Positions 1 to 9,915 of a DNA stretch of 64,000 nt are shown here, piece by piece. The notes under the pieces are model-generated. The model saw only the letters and a list, made by a program, of their open reading frames with translations. It ran no database searches and was not told where the DNA came from. Numbering within the stretch: position 1 is the stretch's first letter; the number at the start of each line of letters is the position of its first letter. Made by a program: the position numbers and the translations under genes. The stretch comes from Armatimonadota bacterium (GTDB lineage: Bacteria; Armatimonadota; UBA5829; JAUSEB01): positions 4,546 to 68,545 of the forward strand of contig JAUSGG010000034.1 in the NCBI GenBank assembly GCA_030649165.1. The letters run 5' to 3'.

Positions 1-110
1 AGCGGAGCGCCGGCGGAGTCGAGAAATCTGCTTTTTAGCGTGACGCAACCGGAAAAAGCAGATTCCTCCACTTCGGTCGGAATGACATTTCCTTGAAACT
101 GAACTCAATC
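1..110. mobile_element. Partial copy of the modular MITE-like element (other end outside window)
   Basis: Near reverse-complement copy of 32697-32808; ends in CTGAACTCAATC (99-110), a variant terminal repeat. TSD cannot be checked. Confidence 0.75.
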
Positions 111-136
111 GAGTCGAGGGAGTCGATGGCGGAAAA

Positions 137-173
137 CCCCCTCTCCCTGGAAGGGAGAGGGTTGGGGTGAGGG
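137..173. repeat. REP-like palindrome family CCC(T/A)ACCC(C/T)CTCC-loop-GG(G)AG(A/G)GGG (representative copy)
   Basis: Similar copies at about 15781-15819, 17022-17058, 23179-23220, 27489-27530, 35085-35122, 35166-35202, 38340-38378, 40501-40538, 52919-52984, 53878-53950 and 56558-56626; essentially all intergenic. Confidence 0.85.
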
Positions 174-329
174 TTGAACCCAACTCCAACTTCCAACCTC
201 TGACTTCTAATCTCTAAACTGGGGTCGGGGTGGGGTCATTCCGTATACTTGACATGTCCCCGCTCCGGCCCGGTTTTATCGAACGTATTGTTGGGGATGA
301 ATATCCCGTGGCCGGTATCGCAGCCTTCA

Positions 330-358
330 TTGACAACAGAATGCGTCCTTGCTATTAT
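330..358 (+). promoter_or_regulatory. sigma70-type promoter of gyaR-glxK
   Basis: TTGACA (330-335), 17-bp spacer, TGn-TATTAT (353-358). Confidence 0.75.
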
Positions 359-381
359 TCCGTAGAATGGAGCAGAAGGTT

Positions 382-1371
382 ATGGATAAACCAAAGGTCT
401 TTGTCACTCGACCGTTTCCCATCGAAGCGATAACGCTTTTGGAGAACACCGCCGAAGTCAGCGTCTGGATGGAGGAAACGCCCCCGCCCCCGGACGTTCT
501 CCTGCGCGAAGCAGTGAGGGCTGAGGGGATTTTGTCTATGCTCACGGACAAGATCGACGCGGATCTGATGGAAGCAGCGGCGAATCTGCGGGTCATCAGC
601 AACAATGCGGTGGGTGTAGACAACATCGACGTCGCCGCGGCCACCGCCCGCGGCATTGCCGTCGGCAATACTCCGGGAGTCTTGACGGAAACGACGGCCG
701 ACCTGGCCTTTGCGCTGCTCCTCGCCGTCGCCAGGCGCATCGTCCAGGCGGATGGTTTTCTGCGCGCGTGCGGCTGGCGGGCCTGGTCTCCGACGCTGTT
801 TCTAGGTCAGGACGTATCAGGGGCCACGATAGGTATTGTCGGAATGGGCAGGATAGGCCGCGCAATGGCAAGACGGGCGTGCGGCTTTTCGATGCCTATC
901 CTTTACACAAATCCGCGGCCTGTGCCTGAGGTGGAGGACGAGTTCGGCGCGCGGCGCGTAAAGCTTGGCGAGCTGCTTCGCAAGTCGGACTTCGTGACGA
1001 TCCACGCTCCGTTGACTTCGGAGACGCGGCGCCTCATCGGAAGGGCCGAGTTCGAGCTGATGAAGCCGACAGGCATACTGATCAATACGGCAAGAGGACC
1101 CATCGTCGATCAGGACGCCCTTTATGTTGCTCTCAAGACCCGAAGAATAGCGGGGGCGGGCTTGGACGTATTCGAGAATGAGCCTGTGGACTGCGATGAC
1201 CCGCTTCTGGCGCTGGACAACGTGGTCGTCGTCCCCCACATCGGGTCCGCCACCGTAGCGACCCGCACCAAAATGGCATACATGGCCGTCGAGAACGTGA
1301 TCGCCGGCCTCAACGACGAGCCCCTGCCGTATCCCGTGAATGCCGTTCAAGCGCCCGAGCCCACGGCATGA
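382..1371 (+). CDS. gyaR: D-glycerate dehydrogenase / glyoxylate reductase (D-2-hydroxyacid dehydrogenase)
   Basis: GIVGMGRIG Rossmann motif, INTARG, AGLDVFENEP, PHIGSAT. Start placed after the promoter with a GGAG RBS (alternative ATG 367). Confidence 0.9.
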   Translation: MDKPKVFVTRPFPIEAITLLENTAEVSVWMEETPPPPDVLLREAVRAEGILSMLTDKIDADLMEAAANLRVISNNAVGVDNIDVAAATARGIAVGNTPGVLTETTADLAFALLLAVARRIVQADGFLRACGWRAWSPTLFLGQDVSGATIGIVGMGRIGRAMARRACGFSMPILYTNPRPVPEVEDEFGARRVKLGELLRKSDFVTIHAPLTSETRRLIGRAEFELMKPTGILINTARGPIVDQDALYVALKTRRIAGAGLDVFENEPVDCDDPLLALDNVVVVPHIGSATVATRTKMAYMAVENVIAGLNDEPLPYPVNAVQAPEPTA

Positions 1372-2486
1372 AGGTCATCGTCGCCCCCGACTCGTTCAAA
1401 GGGACTCTTACAGCGGCTGAGGCGGCCGCTGCTATCGCCGCCGGAGTGCGCGAGGCTATTCCCGACGCCGACATCGTCGAGCTTCCACTTGCGGACGGCG
1501 GCGAAGGGACGGTTGATGCGCTGGTAAGCGCAACACGGGGCCGGAAACTGACCCGGCGCGTGCACGGACCGCTGATGGAGCCTGTAGACGCGACCTACGG
1601 GCTGCTTGGCGCTAACGAGACCGCGGTGATCGAGATGAGCGCGGCCGCGGGGTTGGGTCTTGTTCCCCCGGACCGCCGCAATCCGCTGATTACGACCACT
1701 TATGGCGTCGGCGAACTGATAGAGGCAGCGTTAACACACAATGTCAGGAAGATCATCATCGGGGTCGGCGGCAGCGCCACCAATGACGGCGGCGCGGGGG
1801 CTCTGTGGGCGCTTGGCGTGCGGTTCGTGGATTCCGGAGGCGTCGAACTTGGGCCGGGCGGGGCTGCGCTCGCGGATTTGGCGCGTATCGATGCGAGCGG
1901 CCTGCGTTTCCCCCGTGGCGCTGTCGATGTCGTCGTTGCCTGCGACGTGCGAAACGCGCTAATCGGTCCTGAGGGCGCCTCCGCTGTTTACGGACCCCAG
2001 AAAGGCGCGACGCCGGAAATGGTCCGGATATTGGATGGCGCCCTATCAAACTATGCTAAGGTAATTCCCAAATACCTGAATAAGAACGTAGGCGATTTGC
2101 CCGGCGGGGGCGCCGCCGGAGGTCTCGCCGCCGGGCTGGCCGCATTCCTGGACGCTCGTATCGAGCCGGGCGCTGACCTGGTCCTGGATGCCGTGGGTTT
2201 CGATGACCGCCTCCGTGACGCCGATCTGATCGTGACGGGCGAGGGGAGGATAGACCGGCAGACGCTATACGGTAAGACCATCGCCGGGGTCCTTCGCCGC
2301 GCCCAGGCGCATCGGATACCGGTGATTGCGCTTGCCGGCTGCATCGGTGAAGGCGCTGAAGACCTCAAATCCGCGGGCCTGGCAGGCATATTCGCGCTCA
2401 CGGAGTTCGCGTCGAAAGAGGAGTCCATAAGGAACGCAGCGGACCTCTTGAAACGCCTCGCGTATCAAACCATACTAACCTTCTAA
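1368..2486 (+). CDS. glxK: Glycerate kinase
   Basis: VAPDSFKG, PLADGGEGT, GVGGSATNDGG, ITGEG-like motif, GKT; ATGA overlap with the upstream gene. Confidence 0.95.
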   Translation: MKVIVAPDSFKGTLTAAEAAAAIAAGVREAIPDADIVELPLADGGEGTVDALVSATRGRKLTRRVHGPLMEPVDATYGLLGANETAVIEMSAAAGLGLVPPDRRNPLITTTYGVGELIEAALTHNVRKIIIGVGGSATNDGGAGALWALGVRFVDSGGVELGPGGAALADLARIDASGLRFPRGAVDVVVACDVRNALIGPEGASAVYGPQKGATPEMVRILDGALSNYAKVIPKYLNKNVGDLPGGGAAGGLAAGLAAFLDARIEPGADLVLDAVGFDDRLRDADLIVTGEGRIDRQTLYGKTIAGVLRRAQAHRIPVIALAGCIGEGAEDLKSAGLAGIFALTEFASKEESIRNAADLLKRLAYQTILTF

Positions 2487-2503
2487 CTTCTAACTCCTGA
2501 CTT

Positions 2504-2884
2504 CTATTCGGAACCCGCCCTCTCGATCAAAACGTTTGCGCCGTCGGGCACGGACTTGAACTCTTCCGGGCTTCCCAGCAGTTTGCCGAAGACGTTCACC
2601 GCGCTGGCGGGCCTGATCTCGTCGCCGTGGCTGGCCGGGGTGCGTCCGAAGAATATGCAGAAAGCGTTTCCGGGCGGCCAATACGCCAGGTCGCCCAGAT
2701 CGACAATCTCCCGTGGATTCTCATAGTCGCAATGGACCGGGATGCCAAAGTAAATCTCATCGCCCCACGTGTTGCCGTGCGCCTCGATCGGCAGCGCGTC
2801 CCAGACCTTTGAGGCTGTAACCGTCTCGTTCAACTCCGCGAGCATTGTCACCCTGTCCGTCGTTATCCTTACGATCTTCGCCAT
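2504..2884 (-). CDS. Cyclophilin-like fold protein (TM1367/DUF369-like)
   Basis: WDALPIE..GNTWGDEIYF, GDLAYWPPGNAFCIFFG.TP.S, PASAVNVFG; GGAGG RBS before ATG 2884. The longer ORF-track extension is not protein-like. Confidence 0.85.
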   Translation of the reverse strand: MAKIVRITTDRVTMLAELNETVTASKVWDALPIEAHGNTWGDEIYFGIPVHCDYENPREIVDLGDLAYWPPGNAFCIFFGRTPASHGDEIRPASAVNVFGKLLGSPEEFKSVPDGANVLIERAGSE

Positions 2885-3617
2885 AGCTCCTCCCGCAAAC
2901 CAAGATAGCAGGCAAACTGCGTCCCGAGACAGCTTCGCCCCCGGGGGCGGTAATTCCTCCGAAGGAGTGAAGCGAGTCGAGAGGAACCCCCTCCCCCCGA
3001 AGCACACCATCATACACGAACTTATGTTCGCCGCAAAGAATTCCCGAAAATATACCCCTAAGGTACTGATGCGAAAATGGCCTTCTGCTGGGCATGTACA
3101 TGGGAGACAAAAAACCCCCATTTTTGGGCGATCACGCGCGTGGATGGCCCGCGGTTTTGTTGGCGGCCCAAAAATGGGCGAATTTCGGCGATCGCGACCA
3201 TTGCGCAAATCGTGACGTAGCGACGACCAGAACCGGGGTATTTGAAAATGTAGGTAAAACCACCGGAAAACGTACCGAAATTCGCGGAAACATGCGCGTA
3301 ACTGCCCTGTCTTTGCCCGTAACCACCGCGGAACAGGGCCAAATCGCGTGGAAACAGCGCTACCGGTCACTAAACACGAATCACGAATCGCTCTGTCCGT
3401 ACAGTGAACGGTAAACAGTGTCAGATGCCGGCGCAGGGGATTCAGCGAGACCATGCGCGTCAGCGTTTCAGCGGTTCAAAACAAGCAATATCCGGCAACC
3501 AACAACCAACAACAAAACGTCAACTGACAACCGCGCCGTTTTCTGCTAATATTGTAATGCCACTGATCGTCAAACGCGGTCGGCTGGCATTTTTTGCATT
3601 CTCAGCTCAAGTAAGGA

Positions 3618-4769
3618 GTGCGTATGCGGCACGGACATGTTCTGCTTTTGGCGCTGGCGGTTGCGGTTGCAATCGGCGCCGTAATGACCGGCTGCGGAAA
3701 GCAGTCGGCTTCCAATGAGATACTGATCGGAGAGTACGGCTCCCTCACCGGCACGACCGCCGATTTCGGGATCACGACGAAGAACGGGATCGACCTGGCC
3801 GTTGAGGAGATCAACAACGCCGGCGGCGTGCTCGGCAAGAAGATCCGCCTGATCATCCAGGACGACCGCAGCGATCCGGCGGAGGCCAAGACCGCCGTGA
3901 CCAAGTTGGTCATGCAGGACCGCGTAGCGGCCGTTCTCGGCGAGGTGGCCAGCACCCGATCCATGGCCGCGGCCCCGGTATGCCAGCAGGCGGGGGTTCC
4001 TATGATCACTCCGTCTTCGACCAACCCGGCGGTAACCAAGCGGGGCGACTACATATTCCGGGTCTGCTTCATCGACGATTTCCAGGGGACCATTTGCGCC
4101 AAGTTCGCCGCCGAAACCCTCGGTCTCAAGAGGGCCGCCATCATAAAGGACGTGAAGAACGACTACAGCGTGGGCCTGGCGAAGTCGTTCACCGACAGTT
4201 TCAGCAAACTCGGCGGACAGATCGTCGGAGAGGTTTCCTACAGCGAAGGCGATACCGATTTCAGCTCGCAGATAACGGCTATCAGAGGCACGAAGCCGCA
4301 GATCATCTTCGTCCCAGGCTATTATCAGGAAGTGGACCTCATCGCCCGAAAAGCGAGGCAGCTTGGGATCAAGGTCCCTCTGCTGGGCGGAGACGGCTGG
4401 GATTCGTCAACGCTGATCCCGAACTCCGGCGGCGCGCTGGAAGGTTCTTATTTCAGCAACCATTACGACGCCGCAATGGGCGGCCCCGAAGTGAAGAAGT
4501 TCATCGCCGCCTACCGCAAGAAGTTCGGCAGCGATCCCAACGCCCTGGCCGCGCTCGGTTATGACGCTATGCACATCATGGCCCGGGCGATCGAGCGCGC
4601 GGGATCGACTGATGGAGCTAAAATACGCGACGCCATCGCCGCGACGAAGAACTTCCCCGGAATCACCGGCTCGATAACGATAGACAAGGACCGCAACGCC
4701 GTGAAACCGGGCGTTATATTGCAGATCAAGGGCAATAAGTTCCAATACGTCACTACAGTGCGTCCGTAA
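3618..4769 (+). CDS. livJ: Branched-chain amino acid ABC transporter substrate-binding lipoprotein
   Basis: Signal peptide with lipobox MTGC; GIDLAVEEINNAGG, DDRSDP, STNPAVT, GGDGW; followed by livHMGF. Confidence 0.9.
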   Translation: MRMRHGHVLLLALAVAVAIGAVMTGCGKQSASNEILIGEYGSLTGTTADFGITTKNGIDLAVEEINNAGGVLGKKIRLIIQDDRSDPAEAKTAVTKLVMQDRVAAVLGEVASTRSMAAAPVCQQAGVPMITPSSTNPAVTKRGDYIFRVCFIDDFQGTICAKFAAETLGLKRAAIIKDVKNDYSVGLAKSFTDSFSKLGGQIVGEVSYSEGDTDFSSQITAIRGTKPQIIFVPGYYQEVDLIARKARQLGIKVPLLGGDGWDSSTLIPNSGGALEGSYFSNHYDAAMGGPEVKKFIAAYRKKFGSDPNALAALGYDAMHIMARAIERAGSTDGAKIRDAIAATKNFPGITGSITIDKDRNAVKPGVILQIKGNKFQYVTTVRP

Positions 4770-4848
4770 GATTTTGAATCGCTCGCTTTCAGCGCGGTGT
4801 CGGCGTTGCACCGGCCCGAAAGGGTCGGTGGGGATTGAAACAAGACCA

Positions 4849-5754
4849 TTGGGTGAGTTACCTCAACAGCTAATAAACGGCCTGACACTGGGAAGCATAT
4901 ATGCCCTGATCGCCCTGGGCTACACGATGGTGTACGGCGTGCTCAGGCTGATCAACTTCGCGCACGGCGACATCTACATGCTCGGCGCCTTCGCCGGGTA
5001 TTACGTCGCTCGTTGGCTCGGCTTCGGCGCCGAACTCTCCATTTTCGAGGTCCTCGTCCTGCTGCTGTCCGCGATGGTCTTCAGCGCCCTCGCGGGAGCG
5101 GTCATCGAGCGGATCGCTTACAGGCCCTTGAGGCGCGCCCCCAGGCTGACCGCCCTCATCACCGCAATCGGCGTCTCTCTGTTTCTGGAGTACGGGGGCC
5201 AACTCGTTTTCAAGACCGACCCCAAGGCGTTTCCGCAATTGGCAAACACCGATACGGCCTTGCTGAGACTCGGCGAGACTGTCGTCGGCAGGCAGGAGGT
5301 CCTCACCTTCGCCGTCGCGATCATACTCCTTTTTGTACTGTGGATGATAGTCTACCGGACCCGCGTCGGGAAGGCGATGCGCGCAGTGTCGTTCGACCGC
5401 GAGACCGCAAGCCTGATGGGCATCAACACCGATGCGATCATCCTCCTCACCTTCGTGATCGGCTCTGCGTTCGCGGGCGCGGCCGGTGTGCTGGTCGCTA
5501 TGCAGGAGCCGAGCATTACGCCGATGATGGGACTGCTGCGCGGGATAAAGGCGTTCACCGCGGCAGTCTTGGGAGGAATCGGCAGCATTCCCGGGGCCAT
5601 GGTAGGCGGTTTGGCGATCGGAATGACGGAGACGATGGTCTCCGGTTACTGGACCTCGTCGTACCGTGACGCTGTCGTATTCGGCGTGCTCATATTCATG
5701 CTGCTGATAAGGCCGTCGGGACTTCTGGGGAGGGGGACTGTTGAAAAAGTCTAG
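4849..5754 (+). CDS. livH: Branched-chain amino acid ABC permease
   Basis: QQLINGLTLGSIYALIALGYTMVYGVLRLINFAHG; start approximate (TTG 4849). Confidence 0.93.
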   Translation: MGELPQQLINGLTLGSIYALIALGYTMVYGVLRLINFAHGDIYMLGAFAGYYVARWLGFGAELSIFEVLVLLLSAMVFSALAGAVIERIAYRPLRRAPRLTALITAIGVSLFLEYGGQLVFKTDPKAFPQLANTDTALLRLGETVVGRQEVLTFAVAIILLFVLWMIVYRTRVGKAMRAVSFDRETASLMGINTDAIILLTFVIGSAFAGAAGVLVAMQEPSITPMMGLLRGIKAFTAAVLGGIGSIPGAMVGGLAIGMTETMVSGYWTSSYRDAVVFGVLIFMLLIRPSGLLGRGTVEKV

Positions 5755-6868
5755 CGGCGTCTCCAGCCCCCGGTCGAACCGAATGGCGATCTTTCTCATA
5801 GCTGTCGGCGCGCTTGTAGCGCTGCAACTTCTCGGCACGGTCCTGATGCTATATGCTCCGCCGTACTACGTTCGGATGATCATGTTGAGCGGAATAGCCA
5901 TCGTCCTCGCAGTCAGCCTCAACCTCGTCAACGGCTTCGCCGGGCAATTCTCCCTTGGCCACGCCGGATTCTACGCAATCGGAGCGTATGCTTCAGGCGT
6001 CCTGACCTTCTATTGGGGTAACGGACTGGTCGCCTGGCTGACAGGATTCGCGCACTTGCCTCTTGCTTTGGCGGCGGTTCTGCTGATGCTGTTGGCAATC
6101 CTCATCGCCGCGGTCGCGGCCGGAACCGCGGGGTATCTGGTCGGGCTGCCGTCGCTGCGGCTTCGCGGCGACTATCTGGCTATAGCGACGCTGGGCTTCG
6201 GCGAGGCCATCCGGGTGATCATCGAGAACAGCGACGCCGTCGGAGGGGCGCGCGGCTTCGACATAACACGGGACGCAACCGGAACCCTGCTGAACGCGCT
6301 CGGGGCCATAGATAAGGCGACCTTTACGTGGATTTTCGGCGCGGCAATACTCGTGGTTCTCTTTTCGCGCAACCTGGCAATGTCGTCTCACGGGCGGGCG
6401 TTGTTCGCAATTCGCGATGACGAGGTCGCCGCCGAATCGGCGGGCGTGGCGGTGTTCCGGTATAAGGTCATGGTCTTCGCAATGGGCGCCGCCTGGGCCG
6501 GCGTAGCCGGAGCGCTGTTTGCCCAATACGACGATTATCTGACCGCGAAGTCCTTCGACTTCATGAAGTCGATAGACATTGTGGTTATGGTGGTGTTAGG
6601 CGGAGGAGGAAGCATCACGGGCTCTTGCGTCGCGGCCATAGTCCTGACAGCGCTGCCGATGCTTCTGCAAAACTACCTGCCCGGCAGTATTCAGAACGTG
6701 CGCATGGTCGTGTATGCCGTGCTCCTCATCGTGCTTATGCTCACGCGCCCCCAGGGTCTGTTCGGCCGTTCCGAGTTCAGCGTTCGCAATCTGTTTCGCC
6801 GCAGGTCCGTTCAACCGCCGCGGCCGGCGAATCCTGACGGCGGTAACTCCGGAGGGGGCGGCAAATGA
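5741..6868 (+). CDS. livM: Branched-chain amino acid ABC permease
   Basis: GFAGQFSLGHAGFYAIGAY, LRLRGDYLAIATLGFGE, GRALFAIRDDEVAA; start may be ATG 5783. Confidence 0.93.
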   Translation: MKKSSGVSSPRSNRMAIFLIAVGALVALQLLGTVLMLYAPPYYVRMIMLSGIAIVLAVSLNLVNGFAGQFSLGHAGFYAIGAYASGVLTFYWGNGLVAWLTGFAHLPLALAAVLLMLLAILIAAVAAGTAGYLVGLPSLRLRGDYLAIATLGFGEAIRVIIENSDAVGGARGFDITRDATGTLLNALGAIDKATFTWIFGAAILVVLFSRNLAMSSHGRALFAIRDDEVAAESAGVAVFRYKVMVFAMGAAWAGVAGALFAQYDDYLTAKSFDFMKSIDIVVMVVLGGGGSITGSCVAAIVLTALPMLLQNYLPGSIQNVRMVVYAVLLIVLMLTRPQGLFGRSEFSVRNLFRRRSVQPPRPANPDGGNSGGGGK

Positions 6869-7632
6869 GTGACGCCCTGCTGACCCTCGATAATTGTTTC
6901 ATTGCGTTCGGCGGTCTGGTTGCCGTGGATTCGGTCAATATCGCGTTGAAACCAGGCGAACTCATCGGCCTGATCGGCCCAAATGGCGCCGGCAAGACTA
7001 CGGTATTCAACCTCATAACCGGCGTGTATCGACCCACAATGGGCGGCATATATCTCGGGGGCAGGCCGATCCACGGCCACAAACCACACGAGATAGCCGC
7101 GGTGGGGATTGCGCGCACGTTCCAGAACATCCGCCTGTTCGGCAGTCTGACCGCGTTGGACAACGTCCGGGTGGGCGCGCATACCCACGTGCGCTATTCA
7201 CCGGGGGACGCGATATGGCGAACGCGCGCATTTGCGGTCCAAGACCACGAGCAGACAACGCGGGCTATTCACCTTCTGCACGTTTTGGGGCTGGGCGGTT
7301 TTCAGAACACCGATGCGCGAAGCCTGCCGTACGGCGAGCAGCGCAGGCTGGAAATCGCCCGGGCGCTTGCGTCGGAGCCGAAGGTTTTGCTGCTGGACGA
7401 GCCTACAGCCGGCATGAACCCGCACGAAACGCGCGAGTTGATGGAGGTTATCAAGTCGATTCGTGACGATTTCGGGCTGACTATACTGCTTATCGAGCAC
7501 GATATGAAGGTGGTTATGGGCATCTGCGAGAGGATTTACGTCCTCGACTACGGCAAGGTCATCGCCGAGGGAAAGCCGGAGGAAATCCGGAACAACCCGG
7601 CGGTGATCGAAGCGTACCTGGGGGAGGCGTAG
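6865..7632 (+). CDS. livG: Branched-chain amino acid ABC ATP-binding subunit
   Basis: Walker A GPNGAGKT, ARTFQNIRLF, LPYGEQRRLEIARAL, LLLDEP. Confidence 0.95.
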   Translation: MSDALLTLDNCFIAFGGLVAVDSVNIALKPGELIGLIGPNGAGKTTVFNLITGVYRPTMGGIYLGGRPIHGHKPHEIAAVGIARTFQNIRLFGSLTALDNVRVGAHTHVRYSPGDAIWRTRAFAVQDHEQTTRAIHLLHVLGLGGFQNTDARSLPYGEQRRLEIARALASEPKVLLLDEPTAGMNPHETRELMEVIKSIRDDFGLTILLIEHDMKVVMGICERIYVLDYGKVIAEGKPEEIRNNPAVIEAYLGEA

Positions 7633-7642
7633 GCTGCACGTG

Positions 7643-7695
7643 GGGTTCAGGGGAGAACGCAGATGAACACAGATAAACACGGATGAACGCGGATA
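7643..7695. repeat. 10-bp periodic repeat element GGTTCAGGG(G/A)AGAAC + (AACRCRGAT.)n
   Basis: Copies at about 7643-7695, 7870-7925, 8675-8700 (short), 12128-12180, 16920-16996 (without the head) and 27038-27088. Confidence 0.85.
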
Positions 7696-7800
7696 GGGAG
7701 GGCAGCAGGATCCGGTCAATCACGAAAACACGAAAGGACGAAAAGTCGAAAGAGGGAGTGGAGATAGTCGGACGAAAACGGAGACCTTCGGTCGGCCATA

Positions 7801-7828
7801 GTGCGGGGTCTGAGACCCGCGCACAGCG
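7801..7828. repeat. REP-like palindrome GTGCGGGGTC.GAGACCCGCGCACAGCG
   Basis: Copies at 7801-7828, 18013-18040 and 27142-27171; two are preceded by GGAGACCTT(G)CGGTCG. Confidence 0.85.
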
Positions 7829-7942
7829 TGGAGTCAGTTGAATCGAAGGGAAGGGGATTTGCGATTGGTGGGGTTCAGGGGAGAACGCGGATGAGCACAG
7901 ATAAGCGCAGATGAACGCGGATGGATCGGAAAAAGAGTTAGT

Positions 7943-8650
7943 ATGCTGCTTGAGCTGGACAATATAGACGTTTATTATGGCGCGATACACGCGCTGCACG
8001 GGGTCAGTCTGCGGGTGGATGAGGGCGAGGTGGTGACGCTGATCGGCAGCAACGGCGCCGGTAAGAGCACCACGCTGCGGGCGATCTCCGGTCTGCTCCG
8101 GCCCGCGAAGGGAGAGATTCGCTTTGCGGGAAGAACGCTCTCGAACCTCCGTCCACACGAGATCGTGAAGATGGGTGTGTGTCAGGCGCCGGAAGGGCGG
8201 CGGGTATTCGCCAATATGAGCGTGAGGGAAAACCTGGAGCTTGGCGCCTACTCCCGGAAGGACGCGGGGAGGATACGCAGGGATTTCGACACGGTATTCG
8301 CGCTGTTTCCAAGACTGAAGGAACGAAGCTCCCAGGCTGCCGGCACGCTCAGCGGCGGTGAGCAGCAGATGCTTGCGATGGGCCGCGCGCTGATGTCCCG
8401 GCCAAGGCTTCTGCTCCTCGACGAACCCTCCCTCGGCCTCGCGCCGGCGCTGGTGAAGGAGATATTCCGCACGATCGGGGATATCAGCAGGAGCGGGACG
8501 ACGATCCTGCTCGTAGAACAGAACGCGCACCAGGCGCTTGCGCTTGCCTCCCGCGGATACGTCCTGGAGAGCGGGCAGGTTGTGCTGGAGGACTCCGCGG
8601 AGGCGCTGCTCTCGAACGAGTTGGTGAGGAAGGCTTACCTGGGAGAGTAG
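7943..8650 (+). CDS. livF: Branched-chain amino acid ABC ATP-binding subunit
   Basis: GSNGAGKST, QAPEGRRVF, LSGGEQQMLAMGRALMSRP, LLLDEPSLGLAP. Confidence 0.95.
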   Translation: MLLELDNIDVYYGAIHALHGVSLRVDEGEVVTLIGSNGAGKSTTLRAISGLLRPAKGEIRFAGRTLSNLRPHEIVKMGVCQAPEGRRVFANMSVRENLELGAYSRKDAGRIRRDFDTVFALFPRLKERSSQAAGTLSGGEQQMLAMGRALMSRPRLLLLDEPSLGLAPALVKEIFRTIGDISRSGTTILLVEQNAHQALALASRGYVLESGQVVLEDSAEALLSNELVRKAYLGE

Positions 8651-8757
8651 GGGGCCGCTCTTGTCGGTAGATGAGGTTCAGGGAAGAACGCGGATAAAGA
8701 CCGGAACCGGGATTAACCACGAAAGCACGAAGATGCGAAAATACGAAAGAATTATTT

Positions 8758-8789
8758 GGTCCCTCCAGGTAGGATACCTGGAGGGATAG
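8758..8789. repeat. REP-like palindrome TCCCTCCAGGTA-GGA-TACCTGGAGGGA + TAG
   Basis: Perfect 12-bp stem. Copies at 8758-8789 (+), 11448-11476 (-), half copy 11484-11497, 11739-11778 (+) and 25990-26029 (+, 2 mismatches). Confidence 0.9.
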
Positions 8790-8850
8790 AAAACTGGCAC
8801 AAAATCACAGGTGTAGACCGGCAGTCCCAACGGCATGACATAGACGATAA

Positions 8851-9774
8851 TCACAGAATCGCAGGAATCATCGCTGGAGATGGTTCAGGAGTCTTTGCCT
8901 TCTGACCGGGTGGGTAGTTTTGCTTGTTCACCGACCACCATGCGCGCCACTCCGTCTGCGCGGTCTGAACGTTCTCAGGTCGGAACAAGGACATTTCCGG
9001 CTGTTTGCGGCCGGTCAAGCCATTAAGCAGCTTTGCCGCGAAGTAACGTACCCCCCCATCGCTGTCGGACAGCGTGTCAACAAGAACCGGTATGGCAGCA
9101 CACAACTGCGTGTCCACTATCGCCTGCAGCACAAGCCTCCGGCGCAGGCAGTCCGGCGAAGACAGGTGCGACGCCAACAACTCGACACTGCGTGTACTTT
9201 TCCGTTTGCTCAGAAGCCAAATGGCCATTCCCTGAACGTTGTTGGACTTATCAACTAAGCCCGCCTGTAAGGCGGCGTAAGCCACGTTATCGTCGGGACA
9301 AAGGCCAACAGCAGTCAGCGAGCAAACCCTTATAAGCGTGGACTCGTCCGCGAGGTGCGATTTGGCAATCTCGACGCCGGCATAGTCACCATTCCTGGCC
9401 AAAGCGGCAGCGGCGAGGGTCGCTTGCGTAGCCGAGGAGGACGCTAGAGCGTCCTTGAGCGCTGGAACACCGGTTGTATCGCCCAGTTTGAGAAGCGCAT
9501 CACCAGCCGCAACGCGGACGTCGAGCGAACTGTCTATTAGCACGTCGCGGAGCGACGCTATAGCGGACTTGTCGTTCCGCGTACCGAGTTCGATGCAGAC
9601 GATCACTCGCTGATAAGAGGGATCCCGGAGCGCAGCCACAAGTCCCGAAACTGTCATGCTCTGAATGACACCAAATTTCGATTCGGAAACCACTACGCTC
9701 TCACATCTTTGGACCCCGCACGACAACAGGACCGAAAAAGCTATAAGCCCGAAAACGCTTGACAACCGTTTCAT
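8851..9774 (-). CDS. Exported HEAT/PBS-lyase-repeat protein, possible lipoprotein
   Basis: GGAGG RBS; MKRLSSVFGLIAFSVLLSC lipobox-like signal; repeats such as VRVAAGDALLKLGD, AIPVLVDTLSDSDGGVRYFAAKLL. Confidence 0.8.
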   Translation of the reverse strand: MKRLSSVFGLIAFSVLLSCGVQRCESVVVSESKFGVIQSMTVSGLVAALRDPSYQRVIVCIELGTRNDKSAIASLRDVLIDSSLDVRVAAGDALLKLGDTTGVPALKDALASSSATQATLAAAALARNGDYAGVEIAKSHLADESTLIRVCSLTAVGLCPDDNVAYAALQAGLVDKSNNVQGMAIWLLSKRKSTRSVELLASHLSSPDCLRRRLVLQAIVDTQLCAAIPVLVDTLSDSDGGVRYFAAKLLNGLTGRKQPEMSLFRPENVQTAQTEWRAWWSVNKQNYPPGQKAKTPEPSPAMIPAIL

Positions 9775-9915
9775 TATTTCTCCTCCTGGGATCGAATGTG
9801 CCACTAAAATGGCTCCAGCAAAAACCGCACTATCAGCCGTCCCGCCAATTGGCGGTAAAAGAGTATAAACAACAGACGGCTTGGTATGGAGAAGGCTCCG
9901 TCCCCTTATTCCCCC

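Noticed and set aside
2885-3454. Long N-terminal extensions in the ORF track (also 17962-18105, 19111-19287, 54120-54230, 61096-61215)
   Set aside because: They translate intergenic or repeat DNA or the neighbouring gene; downstream starts match the family N-termini and most have better RBSs.
3585-3598. sigma54 promoter before livJ (TGGCATTTTTTGCA)
   Set aside because: GG-to-GC spacing is 8 nt, not the required 10.
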